Assembly (NCBI GenBank): GCA_049653105.1
Contig: JBASFQ010000017.1
Location: forward strand, 3,304 to 67,303
From: Alphaproteobacteria bacterium
GTDB lineage: Bacteria > Pseudomonadota > Alphaproteobacteria > UBA9219 > RFNS01
Reading direction: 5' to 3'
DNA length: 64,000 nucleotides
Every line of letters begins with the position of its first letter. Position 1 is the stretch's first letter. The notes under the pieces were generated by a model. The model was not told the DNA's origin. It saw only the letters and a list, made by a program, of their open reading frames with translations, and searched no databases. Position numbers and translations under genes: made by a program. This document shows, piece after piece, positions 55,309-64,000 of this stretch.

Positions 55309-55635
55309 ATGAGTCATGCAACCAAAGCCGTCGGCGATGCCAATTTTGAACAAGACGTTTTGAAAGCGTCCGAACCTGTCCTCGTTGATTTCTGGGCCGA
55401 ATGGTGTGGCCCATGCAAAATGATCGGTCCGATCCTCGAAGAGCTTGCCGCCGAAATGCAGGGCAAGGTGACGATTGCCAAGCTGAATGTGGACGACGCG
55501 CCGATGACCGCAAGTAAATTCGGCATCCGAAGCATTCCAACCTTGATGCTGTTCAAGAATGGGCAGTCGGTTGCCACCAAAATCGGCGGCGCGCCGAAGG
55601 CGCAATTGCAGAGCTGGATCGAATCGGCGCTCTGA
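55309..55635 (+). CDS. trxA: Thioredoxin
   Basis: WAEWCGPCK. Confidence 0.9.
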   Translation: MSHATKAVGDANFEQDVLKASEPVLVDFWAEWCGPCKMIGPILEELAAEMQGKVTIAKLNVDDAPMTASKFGIRSIPTLMLFKNGQSVATKIGGAPKAQLQSWIESAL

Positions 55636-55658
55636 TTTTTTTTCATACTGCCCAGATC

Positions 55659-55690
55659 AACGCCGTTGCCCCGCAACGGCGTTTCTCTTT
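55659..55690 (+). terminator. Rho-independent terminator after trxA
   Basis: Perfect 10-bp stem AACGCCGTTG/CAACGGCGTT with a 5-nt loop, then TCTCTTT. Confidence 0.55.
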
Positions 55691-55845
55691 GCGTCACCTG
55701 CAAAGAACGCTGTCAGATATATGATGGTATTTCCGCAAGAATGCCCGAGTATGCATTAATAGATGCTTAGATAAATCTTGATTTTATGCTGGCTTAAGGC
55801 AGCGCTCTTCTGCCTGTCGCACAATCCTCCTTCCAGGGTCGCGCC

Positions 55846-57699
55846 ATGTCCAGCTTACTCGCCAAGATGAAAATTTCATGGATTATCACAATCAACAATT
55901 TGTTGATCCTGGCAAGTTTCATGACAATTTTCAGCCTGTTCATGAGCAGCCTGAACGAAATAAAGATCAACGGACCGCATTACACGCGCCTGAGAAATAT
56001 CGCCGACCTTACCGCCGATATTATGCCGCCACCCATGTTCGTGGTTGAAGCTCATCTCGCGGTTCATAAACTCGAAGCCGCAGAAAGTCCTGACGCCATC
56101 CAGGGATTCAAGAACGATCTTATGCGCCAGGAACAAGAATTATCGGCACGCATTGAATATTGGCGGGAACGCGAAATAAATCCCGAAGTTAAAGATTTTT
56201 TGCTCAGCAAAGTCGTGCCCGACGCCAAAAACTTCTTTGCCGTTATCAACCAGAAACTTTTTCCCGCTCTCGTGCAGCGCAATCAAGCTGCAGTCACTGC
56301 CGCTGGAAGTGAAATTGACACCATTTATGCCCGGCACAAAGACACGATCTTCCAACTGAATTTGATGCTGCAAAAGATCCAGGCGGATGCCGAAACGTCA
56401 GTTCAGACTATTGAAGAACAGAGCCTGCACAACATCTATGTCCTTTCTTATACAACAGCAGGAGTTGTTGTTCTTCTTGGCGGACTCGTTTTCTTATGCC
56501 TGCGCGGCATGATGCGCGAAGCCTATCGGCACAAGCAAATGCTGGACGAACTCCCGGTTAATGTCATGGTCGCCGATCCACAGACCGGCATCATCACCTA
56601 CGCCAACAACACGACCGTCAATACGCTGGTGCCTTTAGAGACCCATCTGCCGGTCAAGGCGGCCCAACTTGTTGGCACCGATTGCGGGATCTTTCTCAAA
56701 GATGCTGCCCCATTACGGGCAGCTATCGCCAATGCACAACTTCTGCCCTGGAAAACTCAAATCAAGATTGGCCCTGAAACCCTGGCTCTGAACGTATCCG
56801 CAATTCGTGACGCGCACGGCGACTATCTCGCGCCGATGCTGACCATGACGATCATTACGCAGCAGGAGACCATAATCCAGGAGTTCGAGACCGGTGTCGC
56901 CGCAGCAGTCAGCACTGTCAGCAAGGCTGCCACGGAAATGCACAGCCTGGCCGACAGCATGCGCCTGAGCAGCGGCAAAGCCGTTCAGCTCTCGGCTCAG
57001 GTGACCTCCAGTGCCACCAGAGTCAACACCAATGTCGAAACCGTCGCCGCAGCCGCCGAAGAACTTAACGCTTCAATCTCTGAAATCACACGTCAAGTCG
57101 GCACAACGGCGCAGTTGGCGCAGGAAGCGGTCACACAAACCCAGCGCTCCAACACGACCATCGCACAATTATCTGCGGCAGCCGAACGCATCGGCAACGT
57201 GACGGAACTTATCAGCCGGGTGGCGGAAAAAACTAATCTCCTTGCGCTTAACGCCACGATTGAAGCCGCGCGCGCCGGCGAGGCTGGTAAAGGATTTGCG
57301 GTTGTCGCGGTCGAAGTCAAAAACCTCGCCGGCCAGACGGCTAAAGCGACCGCTGAAATTGCGGCACAAATCTCCGCTATCCAGAGCGCCACACAGGCTA
57401 CCGTGATCGATGTTCAGGAAATCGCCCAGACGATCACAAAAATCAGCGCAATCGCCTCCTCCGTGGCCACCGCGGCTGAAGAGCAGGGCACTGCAACGAA
57501 AGAAATCTCACGTAACATTCAGGCTGCCGCGACAGGTACGCGCGAAGTCACTCAGGCAACTGAAACCGTCACAGCCGCAAGCACGGAAACCGGGAATTCT
57601 TCAGAATCCGTGCTCCGCGCTTCCGTCAGCGTTACGGCACAATTCGAACTTATGATGCAGTCGGTCGATAAATTTCTCAAAATCGTCAAAAAAGCCTAG
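55846..57699 (+). CDS. Methyl-accepting chemotaxis protein
   Basis: Two N-terminal TM helices, a HAMP-like segment, and the highly conserved signalling domain ([34 protein letters not shown]). Confidence 0.85.
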   Translation: MSSLLAKMKISWIITINNLLILASFMTIFSLFMSSLNEIKINGPHYTRLRNIADLTADIMPPPMFVVEAHLAVHKLEAAESPDAIQGFKNDLMRQEQELSARIEYWREREINPEVKDFLLSKVVPDAKNFFAVINQKLFPALVQRNQAAVTAAGSEIDTIYARHKDTIFQLNLMLQKIQADAETSVQTIEEQSLHNIYVLSYTTAGVVVLLGGLVFLCLRGMMREAYRHKQMLDELPVNVMVADPQTGIITYANNTTVNTLVPLETHLPVKAAQLVGTDCGIFLKDAAPLRAAIANAQLLPWKTQIKIGPETLALNVSAIRDAHGDYLAPMLTMTIITQQETIIQEFETGVAAAVSTVSKAATEMHSLADSMRLSSGKAVQLSAQVTSSATRVNTNVETVAAAAEELNASISEITRQVGTTAQLAQEAVTQTQRSNTTIAQLSAAAERIGNVTELISRVAEKTNLLALNATIEAARAGEAGKGFAVVAVEVKNLAGQTAKATAEIAAQISAIQSATQATVIDVQEIAQTITKISAIASSVATAAEEQGTATKEISRNIQAAATGTREVTQATETVTAASTETGNSSESVLRASVSVTAQFELMMQSVDKFLKIVKKA

Positions 57700-58367
57700 C
57701 CGAATTCGGTTGGCGGCGGATCAATCGGGATGTTCAGTTCTTCAAGCAATAATTCTTCATTGGTCAGCTTCATCTGACCAATGGTGAAATGCTCGTTTTC
57801 CTCAAGCTCCGCGTCATAAGCGTCCATTTCCATGGGCGCGACCTTGATGTCTGTACGGAACAAGGCATTTTTGAAAACCACGGTTCCGGTCAGGGTAAAC
57901 AAATTGTCCCGTCCGATCCCCTTATAGGTGACGTTGAGCAACCGCTCATTGAGCTTTTGTCTTTCTTCCGGCGTCGCCTTAGAATCCCAGGTCACTTCTT
58001 CGGGCTTTTCGACGATGATAAAGCGCCCCAACTGCCCGCGCACAAAATGGAAAAAGAATTTGGCATAAGGAATGATCGTCTTGCGGTCGAGCTTGATTGG
58101 TGCCTTGTCATTGACCCGATAAATCGGCTCGTTTGTCCAGTTCATCAGATGAACGTCACCGGGCTTATAGATCATAAACCGTTCATTCGGCTGCGGCAGC
58201 GTCGCATCTGCCATGTTGTAGAGCTTATATTCGTCATAGAACGGCAACGCCGCTTCCTTGACCTTGGTCTTTCCCTCCGGCAGTTGGTAAGGCGCCTCAG
58301 CATTCACCTCGGCGATAATCGGCGCCGCCGCGTCATGCCCTAGTTCCTGCCAGTCCAGATAAATCAT
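57696..58367 (-). CDS. Conserved hypothetical protein
   Basis: 223-aa ORF convergent with the MCP gene; no motif recognised. Confidence 0.4.
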   Translation of the reverse strand: MIYLDWQELGHDAAAPIIAEVNAEAPYQLPEGKTKVKEAALPFYDEYKLYNMADATLPQPNERFMIYKPGDVHLMNWTNEPIYRVNDKAPIKLDRKTIIPYAKFFFHFVRGQLGRFIIVEKPEEVTWDSKATPEERQKLNERLLNVTYKGIGRDNLFTLTGTVVFKNALFRTDIKVAPMEMDAYDAELEENEHFTIGQMKLTNEELLLEELNIPIDPPPTEFG

Positions 58368-58630
58368 CCATGCACTCCCTAAAAAAAACGCTCAATCCGG
58401 CTCCGCAAAACTATGCTCTTCCCCAAGCGCCAGCAAGTTTATTTTACAGCTTACGATGCGGCGAAACCAGGACAATGCCTTGAAAACACTTATTTTCCCT
58501 AAATCCCCGCGGCAGCGCAAGCCGCAGCACATACCGGGACACTGCGCTTAAACCTTCATTAAACGCCATGGTTTATGATAGTATAGGGTAGGTAGCCTGG
58601 GCGAACACATAATGATCGCCTGAATGCTGT

Positions 58631-59086
58631 GTGCCAAGATTTGGATTTAGCGATCATGGCTTGATTATGGTCAGAAAGCTCATTTCAGGCCCCGGGCATA
58701 AGGGGCAAGCATTTAGGTGGCGCAGGTTGTTTTCCACAGCCGCCATTCTGGTTATCTGGCCAGTTTTTGTCTCTGCCGCCAGCATCGTTGCGGCTGAAAC
58801 CCCCAAAGTTGAACAGTTGAGTGGCCTCCCGATCTTTAACCATGGCGGGCCGCTCTGCACCAATGCTGTCACCGTCTGTGCCCGCGCCTTACAACCCCTC
58901 AGCGTCGCGATTGGCGGAACGGTAACTGTCAGAATCGCCGATCACCATAAATCAGTCTATGAATGCCGGATGATCAACGGCGTTCCCACATGGCTGCCGA
59001 CTTCGGTCGAAGGCAGTTGTGAAGCGCAGCCCGTCATCATGCTGCCCGCCAAATATGATGCCAGCGAAGCGTGGAACGTCGGATAA
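58631..59086 (+). CDS. Small secreted hypothetical protein
   Basis: Signal-peptide-like LFSTAAILVIWPVFVSAASIVAA; Cys-containing mature part. Confidence 0.35.
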   Translation: MPRFGFSDHGLIMVRKLISGPGHKGQAFRWRRLFSTAAILVIWPVFVSAASIVAAETPKVEQLSGLPIFNHGGPLCTNAVTVCARALQPLSVAIGGTVTVRIADHHKSVYECRMINGVPTWLPTSVEGSCEAQPVIMLPAKYDASEAWNVG

Positions 59087-61759
59087 TCACGTTTTGGAAA
59101 TAGTTGCCAACTCAGTCGTCGCGTCACTGGCCGTGATGGCGATGCGTGCATCCAAAAGCTGCGCGACGATCTTGCGCAGAGCTTTAAGATCCTTCGCACT
59201 CCGCTTCACATTGCCGTCCTGAATTAACCGGTTGAACTCCACTTGATCCGGGAACAGATAAAGCTCTTTCTGCAACCGATCGAACCACATTGTCACATAG
59301 GTATCGTCGCGCCAAGCCGCCGCAAAGAAAATGTCGCGCATTTCAGCAAAGAAGCGGTCGGCATCGGCAAAGGCTTCCGGCGCTCCGTCATCGATGATTT
59401 TCTGCACTTTATCGGCAAAACCCTCAAACCGTTCGACCTCGATCTTTTCAGCCTGCCCACGCGCCAAGCGGTTGAAGATCGCCACCAGCTTGCCGAGTTG
59501 CCGCTGCATCATCTGGCTCCGGTATTTTTTACCGAAACGCGCGATATCCTGCCGCACCAAACGCGACTCTTCGCTCACCTTACGGATTAGCTCGGAATCC
59601 TGCCCGGCTTCCTGTAAAATTTCCTTCTGATCGCTGATCCGCAGACGCAGGACGTCAAGTTCTTTGCCCGCCTCCGGCCCCAACGCCGCCATCAGATCGC
59701 CCCACTCTTCTTCCGCCTGACGCAACACGGCACCGGCAAATTGCCCGCCCTTCTCGGCATCAAAGCTCATCTCGCCCGCCTGGGGCGAATAGAAGCGCGG
59801 CGCATGCAATTCGATTGCCACCTTGCCGTCCGCCTGCGGCAAGGTCACGGTAGCCTGGAGAATTCCGCTTTCCAGCATCTTCCAGTTAAAGACAATATCG
59901 TCTCCGGCCTTGACGGTATAGCGTGCGGGCAGATCGCTGCCAGCTATACGGAAAACACCGACGCACAGATTCAGCTCAATACGCTCGGGATATTCAACCT
60001 GAAACAGTTCAAAACTGACATAGGCGCTTGACCCTGCGACCAATTCGCGGGCGCTTCTAAATTGCATCTTGCCGCGCACAGGCAATGTGGCGCCTTTCTC
60101 GATAATCGACACCAGGACATTGGACTGACCACGCAGATGATCCAGCGCCTTGACCGCGATGCTATGCGTTGCCCGTATTTTAGGCATCGGCGTATCACTG
60201 CGCGTCACAGTGAATTTCTGCTCATACATGTCCAGCAGACGGTCACGCGCGTCATAATAGCGCACGTTGTAATCATTGGCGCCCAGCTTCCTGACCGGCA
60301 CAACAACCTCGGCGTCAGCCTTTATCTCTACGAAATCAGAAGCCCAGCCATCCGCAGCCTCGACCTGCAACGACGCCACTTCACCCAGGTTGCCAATAGC
60401 GTGCAAATAAACTGTGACCTCTTGATCAGCGGTGGGGGTCGTATAATCCAGCTCGACCGGCGGGGTTTCTGCGGATTTTGCTGCAACGATGGGTGAAGGT
60501 TTTCTGTTCTCTTCCGGCGATGGTGATGCCGATGCGGTGACCTTGGTGGTGCCCCTATTATCATCTTCATCTTCGACGTCGTCCGCCGCGGCCTCTTCAT
60601 GATCGGATGCTGCCTCGGGCTTATCGCTCTTGATAATGCCGGGCTGCGGCGCCAAACCACCCCAGTCATGTACCGTGGCATAATGCACTGCGCCGATGGC
60701 GACGGAGGTCAATGGATCGACCTTAAGGTCGGTCTGCACGCCTAGCTCCGTCGCCACCATCGCGCGGATCAAGGGCGTCCGACTCGGGCCGCCAATGAAA
60801 ATGAGTTTGTCGATATCTTCATGCTTGTAGTTATTTTCTTCCATGACCTGCCGCGCCAGATCAATCGTCTGCATGATCGGTTCGCGGATCAGATCTTCAT
60901 ATTGCTTGCGCGTTACGGTCACTTCGATAAAGATATCCGTGCCGCTGTTATCAACCAGACGCACTTCATCATCGCTGGCAAAAATCGTCGCCTGCTCCAG
61001 CGTCGAAAGGTCGATCTTGGCTTTTTCTGCGGCCAAATGCGCAATGCGGATCAGGCGATGATATTGCGGGTCGCGCTGGAAATTGTCCGGCATATCAAAA
61101 TTGGTAATCAACCAGGGGCGCACGATTTCGTTGACCAGCATCCGGTCAAAATCGCGGCCGCCGAGCATATTGATGCCCTGGTGCGCGACAACATTGATAC
61201 GCCCCTCAACCGCATCAACCAGAGCCAGATCGAACGTCCCGCCCCCCAGATCGTAAATCAGATATTGCCCGGAACGGCGCTGTGTCCCCAGCGCCGACAT
61301 CGCCGCCGCAACCGGCTCCTGAAGCAAAGTGACATTGCTCAATCCGGCCAGTGTCGCGGCGCGCATGGTCGCCTCGCGCTGCAACTGATTAAACGCGGCG
61401 GGAATCGTAACGACCGCGCCGTGAATCTGCTCATTGCCCGTTTCCGTCGCCGCCTGCCCCAAAAGCTGGCGCAAAATCTCGGCAGTGCATTCCTCAGGCG
61501 TGAGCGTCAAACCAAGCGCCGGGATCTGAATCGGTGTCGAGGTTCCCATCAACCGCTTGAAGCCCATCGCCACGGCATCAGGCTGAAGCATTGCCTGGTC
61601 ATAAGCACGGCGCCCATAAAGTCGCAGCCCGCGCTTGTCGAAATAAATCACCGACGGCAACACGTCTCCGCCATCGACAGGACGAAATACCTTGACCTCG
61701 CCGTCGACAATGCCAGCAATAACGGAGTTTGAGGTTCCTAAATCAATCCCGAGATACAT
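59087..61759 (-). CDS. Hsp70-family protein: actin-like NBD (about 385 aa) fused to a non-canonical ~450-aa C-terminal domain (no recognisable Hsp70 substrate-binding domain)
   Basis: MYLGIDLGTSNSVIAG ... LIYDLGGGTFDLALVD ... IFIGGPSRTPLIRAMV are Hsp70 NBD phosphate/connect motifs. An acidic linker (DHEEAAADDVEDEDDN) is followed by an unrelated beta/alpha region. Confidence 0.75.
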   Translation of the reverse strand: MYLGIDLGTSNSVIAGIVDGEVKVFRPVDGGDVLPSVIYFDKRGLRLYGRRAYDQAMLQPDAVAMGFKRLMGTSTPIQIPALGLTLTPEECTAEILRQLLGQAATETGNEQIHGAVVTIPAAFNQLQREATMRAATLAGLSNVTLLQEPVAAAMSALGTQRRSGQYLIYDLGGGTFDLALVDAVEGRINVVAHQGINMLGGRDFDRMLVNEIVRPWLITNFDMPDNFQRDPQYHRLIRIAHLAAEKAKIDLSTLEQATIFASDDEVRLVDNSGTDIFIEVTVTRKQYEDLIREPIMQTIDLARQVMEENNYKHEDIDKLIFIGGPSRTPLIRAMVATELGVQTDLKVDPLTSVAIGAVHYATVHDWGGLAPQPGIIKSDKPEAASDHEEAAADDVEDEDDNRGTTKVTASASPSPEENRKPSPIVAAKSAETPPVELDYTTPTADQEVTVYLHAIGNLGEVASLQVEAADGWASDFVEIKADAEVVVPVRKLGANDYNVRYYDARDRLLDMYEQKFTVTRSDTPMPKIRATHSIAVKALDHLRGQSNVLVSIIEKGATLPVRGKMQFRSARELVAGSSAYVSFELFQVEYPERIELNLCVGVFRIAGSDLPARYTVKAGDDIVFNWKMLESGILQATVTLPQADGKVAIELHAPRFYSPQAGEMSFDAEKGGQFAGAVLRQAEEEWGDLMAALGPEAGKELDVLRLRISDQKEILQEAGQDSELIRKVSEESRLVRQDIARFGKKYRSQMMQRQLGKLVAIFNRLARGQAEKIEVERFEGFADKVQKIIDDGAPEAFADADRFFAEMRDIFFAAAWRDDTYVTMWFDRLQKELYLFPDQVEFNRLIQDGNVKRSAKDLKALRKIVAQLLDARIAITASDATTELATISKT

Positions 61760-61959
61760 AAAATGCCAATCTACTTTTGTGCCTGCCCCTTGTTTTAACT
61801 TGAAAATAAAACACTTGCCAACAAAACCTGCGGTTGATCCTGGTTAATGAGCCCCCGCCCACCCTAAAAATGACCCGCAGAGAAAGAGTTTATTACTTTC
61901 ACGCGCGCATGATAAAATCGCCGGTAAAATCATGGCATTTATTTTAATGGATTGCGCCG

Positions 61960-63606
61960 ATGACCAAGGCAACGAACAAAGAAATTCATACTTTATGGCG
62001 CACCGCTGCGGCTGTCATAACAGCAGCCTCAATCTATCTGGCTGGCGCGCCCCACAGCGCGGCACAAGTCGCAGGAAATGACCTTCGGAAAGCAGAACCA
62101 TTGCCACCCTGTACCGTCATCGGCGTGCCGGGACTTTCTCCATTTTCCCACACGGATCCACGGGCTTTCCTCGAACAACACACCACATGCCTGAGTGCCA
62201 ATGACATAAAAAACATTGTCGGCAGTCCGCCGACGCCCGATCTGCTTGAGCGGTTCAGCAAGATAGAATCGATTGCGGATCACAAACCGACAGTGATGAC
62301 GCAGCCCGACGCCGTCACCCTGGGGCGCTGGGCCAATGGCCTGGTACAGTTACACATCCTCACTTTTGATTCTTCAATCAGCACGCGTCCCACAGGCAAT
62401 GCAATGTTCGGCTTTAATCCGGATCCAAGCGCCAAGGATTCGGTCAAGAACATGTTACTCAAGGCCGAAGTTTCACATGGGAAGGCATCTGTGCCTCGTG
62501 ACAAAGATTTCTCGATTGCCTGGACGGTTTTGCCCAGTCAGCTTGGCCGTTATCCGTTTAATTTCCTTCGTGCAGATACGGATATTTTCCAGGAAAACTA
62601 TCAAGCCCTGCTGCAGATCCATAAGAATAAACTTGTAACTCCCGAAGGAAAAATTGACCTTGCAAGACTAGGTCCCGATCTAAAAGAAATCGGCGCAAAG
62701 TTGCATGCTCATATGGAAGAACGCAACTGGTCCATACTTCCCCATCAGCCGCCGATTGCCATGTCGCACCCGCCCTTCACCCCGGCTCAGGTTGCTGCTT
62801 TGGATCTGGCAGCCTATCCGCCGAATAAATCAGGCTATGGGTATGTCTTTATCGGCACGGATGATCATCATACCTATAAAGAGAGCGGCGCTCAATCTGT
62901 TGGGCACCGCATGCGAGATATCCTCAATGAATTTTATTACGATATACCTGGCCGCTATATCAAAGCGCCCCTGCCCGATCCAACGCTTTACTCAAATGTC
63001 TTAAAATTTGCCGGGAATGTTCGCGCAGCCACGGTGGCCTCTCTCTCTCACGCGCATAAAGCTACCTCTCCACAAGATCCCCCACAGAGCGGAAACGTGA
63101 CTCCTCCCCTCATGCCGTCGCCCGGCGCAACCACGGGACCGTCAACATCATCAGTTCCCATACCGCTGACGAACGAAGAAATGAACGATATTCGCCATAT
63201 TCGCCGCGCCGTTGCCGAGATTTTGGGAATCCCCCTTAATCAAGCTTTAGGATTGTTCCAGAGCAAGGCCGGATATCTCGGCCCGGTCGCAACGGGAGCT
63301 GAACAGATCCTGCCCCCGATCTCCAAAGACGATGCACAAAAATTTTTCGCCTGTTATAAGGATCCTTCTTGTTACGCCAGAAAGAGTGGCAAAGGCTCCC
63401 ATAAAGATTGGGGGTTTAAAGCTCCATCGCAAGCGCCCGCGCCACATAAACAATCCCTGGCACCATCAACGTCACATCCGGCATTTCACAGGCTCCCTGA
63501 CATTCTGACTACACCCCACGGAGGGACTAATACTGCCGAACTTTTGGCGCCCTATCGGGGACGCCGGCCACAAACCAGGTTCGTCACCAAAAATCCCGAC
63601 AGATAA
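61960..63606 (+). CDS. Secreted hypothetical protein with Pro-rich segments
   Basis: Signal peptide AAVITAASIYLAGAPHSAA; 548 aa; no motif. Confidence 0.4.
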   Translation: MTKATNKEIHTLWRTAAAVITAASIYLAGAPHSAAQVAGNDLRKAEPLPPCTVIGVPGLSPFSHTDPRAFLEQHTTCLSANDIKNIVGSPPTPDLLERFSKIESIADHKPTVMTQPDAVTLGRWANGLVQLHILTFDSSISTRPTGNAMFGFNPDPSAKDSVKNMLLKAEVSHGKASVPRDKDFSIAWTVLPSQLGRYPFNFLRADTDIFQENYQALLQIHKNKLVTPEGKIDLARLGPDLKEIGAKLHAHMEERNWSILPHQPPIAMSHPPFTPAQVAALDLAAYPPNKSGYGYVFIGTDDHHTYKESGAQSVGHRMRDILNEFYYDIPGRYIKAPLPDPTLYSNVLKFAGNVRAATVASLSHAHKATSPQDPPQSGNVTPPLMPSPGATTGPSTSSVPIPLTNEEMNDIRHIRRAVAEILGIPLNQALGLFQSKAGYLGPVATGAEQILPPISKDDAQKFFACYKDPSCYARKSGKGSHKDWGFKAPSQAPAPHKQSLAPSTSHPAFHRLPDILTTPHGGTNTAELLAPYRGRRPQTRFVTKNPDR

Positions 63607-63834
63607 ATACCTTAATCCGGCATCTGCCCGAAAAATCTTGACTCTTTCGGTGCCGGGAATTACCAAGCCAGCTTCAGTCGCGTTCAAAGCGGCGGAAGCC
63701 CAGATGGCGGAATTGGTAGACGCGCAGGTTTCAGGTACCTGTGGCAGAAATGTCGTGGAAGTTCGAGTCTTCTTCTGGGCACCATCGAGACAGGCATATT
63801 CTGCCGCACAGTTTCCGCGTTCCCGGGATAGCGT

Positions 63835-64000
63835 ATGATCACACTTCACCAAGGCGATATTCCCGCAACGCTGGATTTCGGCGATGCTGTCGCCATCGAT
63901 ACCGAATCGCTGGGGCTGAGATGGGAACGCGACCGGCTTTGCCTGGTACAGCTGTCGGCTGGTGACGGCAACGCGCATCTGGTGCAGTTTCGTCGCGGCC
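63835..64000 (+). CDS. rnd: Ribonuclease D (N-terminus; continues beyond the window)
   Basis: MITLHQGDIPATLDFGDAVAIDTESLGLRWERDRLCLVQLS is the DEDDy exonuclease Exo I motif. Confidence 0.7.
   Translation, partial: MITLHQGDIPATLDFGDAVAIDTESLGLRWERDRLCLVQLSAGDGNAHLVQFRRG

Noticed and set aside
35136-55703. Numerous 60-220-aa ORFs on the opposite strand or in alternative frames of tsaD, gpsA, ptsI, HK, addB and addA (for example 35136-35705, 41631-42155, 44867-45523, 46006-46674, 47258-48043, 49179-49742)
   Set aside because: They lie entirely inside long, well-supported genes in about 60-65% GC DNA, where stop codons are rare in all frames. Their translations are low-complexity Arg/Ala/Pro-rich with no motifs. 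Treated as spurious.
1-64000. CRISPR arrays, rRNA genes, or cas-like genes
   Set aside because: No short regularly spaced direct repeats were seen anywhere. The only notable repeats are the two ~250-bp direct repeats, the 12-bp and 11-bp tandem duplications, the IS inverted repeats and the C15 tract.

Overview
This 64-kb window looks alphaproteobacterial. That is inferred from gene content only: alpha-type addB/addA, the short hprK-rapZ-EIIA(Man)-HPr-ptsI cluster, ahcY, tsaD/tsaE, and about 60% GC in the core genes. It has three parts.

(i) 1-5.2 kb holds a tightly translationally coupled minus-strand operon: msrA, DUF1223, aquaporin, DedA, flavoprotein disulfide reductase and arsS (radical SAM, runs off the window). 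A C15 homopolymer lies in its promoter region.

(ii) About 5.7-34.7 kb is a mosaic accessory region. In order it contains:
- an IS3-family element with an A7G frameshift site, next to a Sel1 pseudogene;
- low-GC orphan genes;
- a 48-nt tRNA-Glu(UUC) 3' fragment (att core) directly beside a tyrosine integrase;
- a GC-rich P4/satellite-like integrative element (Gp49/RelE-XRE TA pair, AlpA, PrimPol, DUF3987);
- a minus-strand envelope module (lipoproteins, Pro-rich membrane protein, a J-less DnaJ-C-terminal-domain membrane protein, a SlyB-like glycine-zipper gene);
- an IS5/IS427-like element with TA duplication that truncates the SlyB-like gene;
- an ~11-kb low-GC (about 42%) defence-type island: a Rad50/RloC-like AAA_13 ATPase with a CxxC zinc hook, a PD-(D/E)xK protein, a TPR-like protein, a 402-aa HNH protein, a translationally coupled Sel1-repeat protein plus J-domain (HPD) protein, a second PD-(D/E)xK protein, and an EEP nuclease;
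- two ~250-bp direct repeats that bracket part of this island; the second repeat ends in the anticodon loop of a tRNA-Arg(CCU)-like 5' fragment;
- integrase, transposase and relaxase-like debris.

(iii) 34.7-64 kb is core: tsaD, gpsA, EVE, an orphan flgC-like gene, hprK, rapZ, PTS EIIA, HPr, ptsI, ahcY, a PAS histidine kinase, tsaE, amgK/murU-like genes, addB, addA, trxA, an MCP, an Hsp70-NBD protein with a non-canonical ~450-aa C-terminal domain, and rnd (partial).

I found no rRNA, no CRISPR array and no intact tRNA. The most novel-looking candidates are the Sel1 + J-domain module, with the adjacent HNH and/or upstream PD-(D/E)xK genes, as a possible Hsp70-recruiting defence system, and the zinc-hook ATPase + PD-(D/E)xK + TPR cluster. 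All functional calls rest on motif-level reading of translations; no database search was possible.
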